NCBI GenBank assembly: GCA_043798435.1
Contig: JAZDOR010000047.1
Coordinates: 1 to 37,932, forward strand
DNA: 37,932 nt
Origin: a bacterium
GTDB taxonomy: Bacteria > UBA9089 > UBA9088 > JAGUXG01
Direction: 5' to 3'
The notes under the pieces were generated by a model, which did no database searches, had not been told where the DNA came from, and worked only from the letters and a program-made list of their open reading frames with translations. Each line of letters begins with the position of its first letter. The first letter of the stretch is position 1. Positions 36,914 through 37,932 of this stretch are shown piece after piece. The position numbers were made by a program, and so were the translations under genes.

Positions 36914-37105
36914 GTATTTACTCAAAATTTTGGGGAATTAACCAAAAAATTAGACACTGATCTACTATAGATGAACACTGAAGAGATATTTAGACACTGA
37001 TTTGCACAGATGAACACTGATTAAAATAAAGGAAGAAATCTGTGTGAATCAGTGTAAATCTGTGTCAAAAAAATTTTAGTCCTCCTCAAAATTATGAGCA
37101 ATTAC
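36914..37105. mobile_element. GTAA-family MITE carrying CACAGAT palindrome(s)
   Basis: GTATTTACTCAAAATTTTG / CAAAATTATGAGCAATTAC; perfect TSD CTTCTCTT (36906-36913, 37106-37113). Confidence 0.88.
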
Positions 37106-37122
37106 CTTCTCTTCATCTTCTT

Positions 37123-37683
37123 TCACCTCCTTTTTATAGGCAACAGCCCAAACACCTCTTTTCTGTAATCAATATATTCCTGGCCCAATTTTTCAATCAA
37201 TGCCTTCTCTTCGAGGTGTATCCGAATCAAAATAGAGGCAAGATATATTGTCCAGACAAAGATAAGGGCATAATAAGAGTTTGGAATAAGGCAGAGCCCA
37301 TTTGCCTCAAGGAAGAGACAGAGCAGGTTAGGATGACGGACATATCCGTAAGGTCCCTCTTTTATCAGCCTGTGATCCTCCCTTATGCGAATATCTACGC
37401 TCCAGTATCTTCCAAGTGTCCTAATCACCCATTCCCGACCAATTATTCCAGCAAGATAGAGGATTAGACCAGAAAGACTGACGAATAGATTCATTCTTCT
37501 TTGAACAAGAAAAAACTCCACCAGGCTAAAGATTACCATCGCCACATAAAGCCAGAACTGGAGAGAAAAGATTGGCTTGAAATAGACAGTGCCTCCTTCT
37601 CTATTCCGCTTAGTCCTATTCTGAAAGATGCGCAGCCCTAAGGATACGACCAAAAAGGCTATATAAAATAGTGTAAAATTCAT
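37123..37683 (-). CDS. Isoprenylcysteine carboxylmethyltransferase (ICMT) family membrane protein
   Basis: TLGRYWS, HRLIKEGPYGYVRHPN, RIHLEEKAL; AGGAGG RBS before 37683. Confidence 0.88.
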   Translation of the reverse strand: MNFTLFYIAFLVVSLGLRIFQNRTKRNREGGTVYFKPIFSLQFWLYVAMVIFSLVEFFLVQRRMNLFVSLSGLILYLAGIIGREWVIRTLGRYWSVDIRIREDHRLIKEGPYGYVRHPNLLCLFLEANGLCLIPNSYYALIFVWTIYLASILIRIHLEEKALIEKLGQEYIDYRKEVFGLLPIKRR

Positions 37684-37747
37684 CTCCTCCTTCTGAAACA
37701 CTTTACGGTATTGTCAAACATTAACCACAGAGTCCACAGAGAAAAAC

Positions 37748-37932
37748 GTAACTACTCATAAAATTTAGAATTGTGGAAAAACCACAGAAAAATAAAATAA
37801 ATTTTGCCACAGATGACACAGATTAACACTTATTCTTTTGACACAGATTAACACAGATTACACTGATAAGAATTAAAAAATTATCTGTGAGTATCTGTGT
37901 AAATCAGTGTCTAAATATCTCTTCTGTGTTCA
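37748..37932. mobile_element. Left part of a GTAA MITE (12397 family, inverted) with nested CACAGAT palindromes; runs off the window
   Basis: GTAACTACTCATAAAATTTAGAATTGTGGAAAAACCACAGA closely matches the reverse complement of 12727..12767. Confidence 0.8.

Noticed and set aside
1-37932. tRNA, rRNA, riboswitch, reverse transcriptase/DGR, or four-helix-bundle/GxxExxY cargo genes
   Set aside because: None recognisable by eye; spacers between repeat arms are too short for such ORFs. tRNAscan-SE, Infernal and HMM searches were not run.

Overview
Chromosomal window of a probably anaerobic, diderm bacterium (rpsA, ispE, dxr, waaA, nadA, hisI, folD, a FadL-type outer-membrane protein); most genes are on the minus strand. 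Two things stand out. (1) Positions ~220-11030 hold a methanogen-style sulfide-assimilation cluster: SufC/SmsC, His-type Thi4, NIL-ferredoxin, DUF39 homocysteine synthase, SepCysS (pscS) with an uncalled 55-aa SepCysSn-like partner, Rrf2, SQR-like + DUF1641 and COG2122/UPF0280, interrupted by an AbiE toxin-antitoxin pair. (2) Almost every intergenic gap is filled by a layered system of non-coding palindromic elements. The innermost layer is hairpin modules whose left arm is a tandem of a 7-10 nt unit and whose right arm is its reverse complement (more than 10 unrelated unit families). These occur bare, nested in each other, or inside MITE-like shells with GTAA...TTAC ends and 8-bp target-site duplications (six perfect, one 7/8). 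A second, TA-duplicating MITE family has inserted into both layers. Several element ends supply the stop codon of the neighbouring gene. No transposase is encoded in the window. Also present: part of an integron-cassette attC at the left edge, a frameshifted folD, an acs fragment, a duplicated nikR 5' end, and signalling genes. No tRNA, rRNA or CRISPR array was seen.
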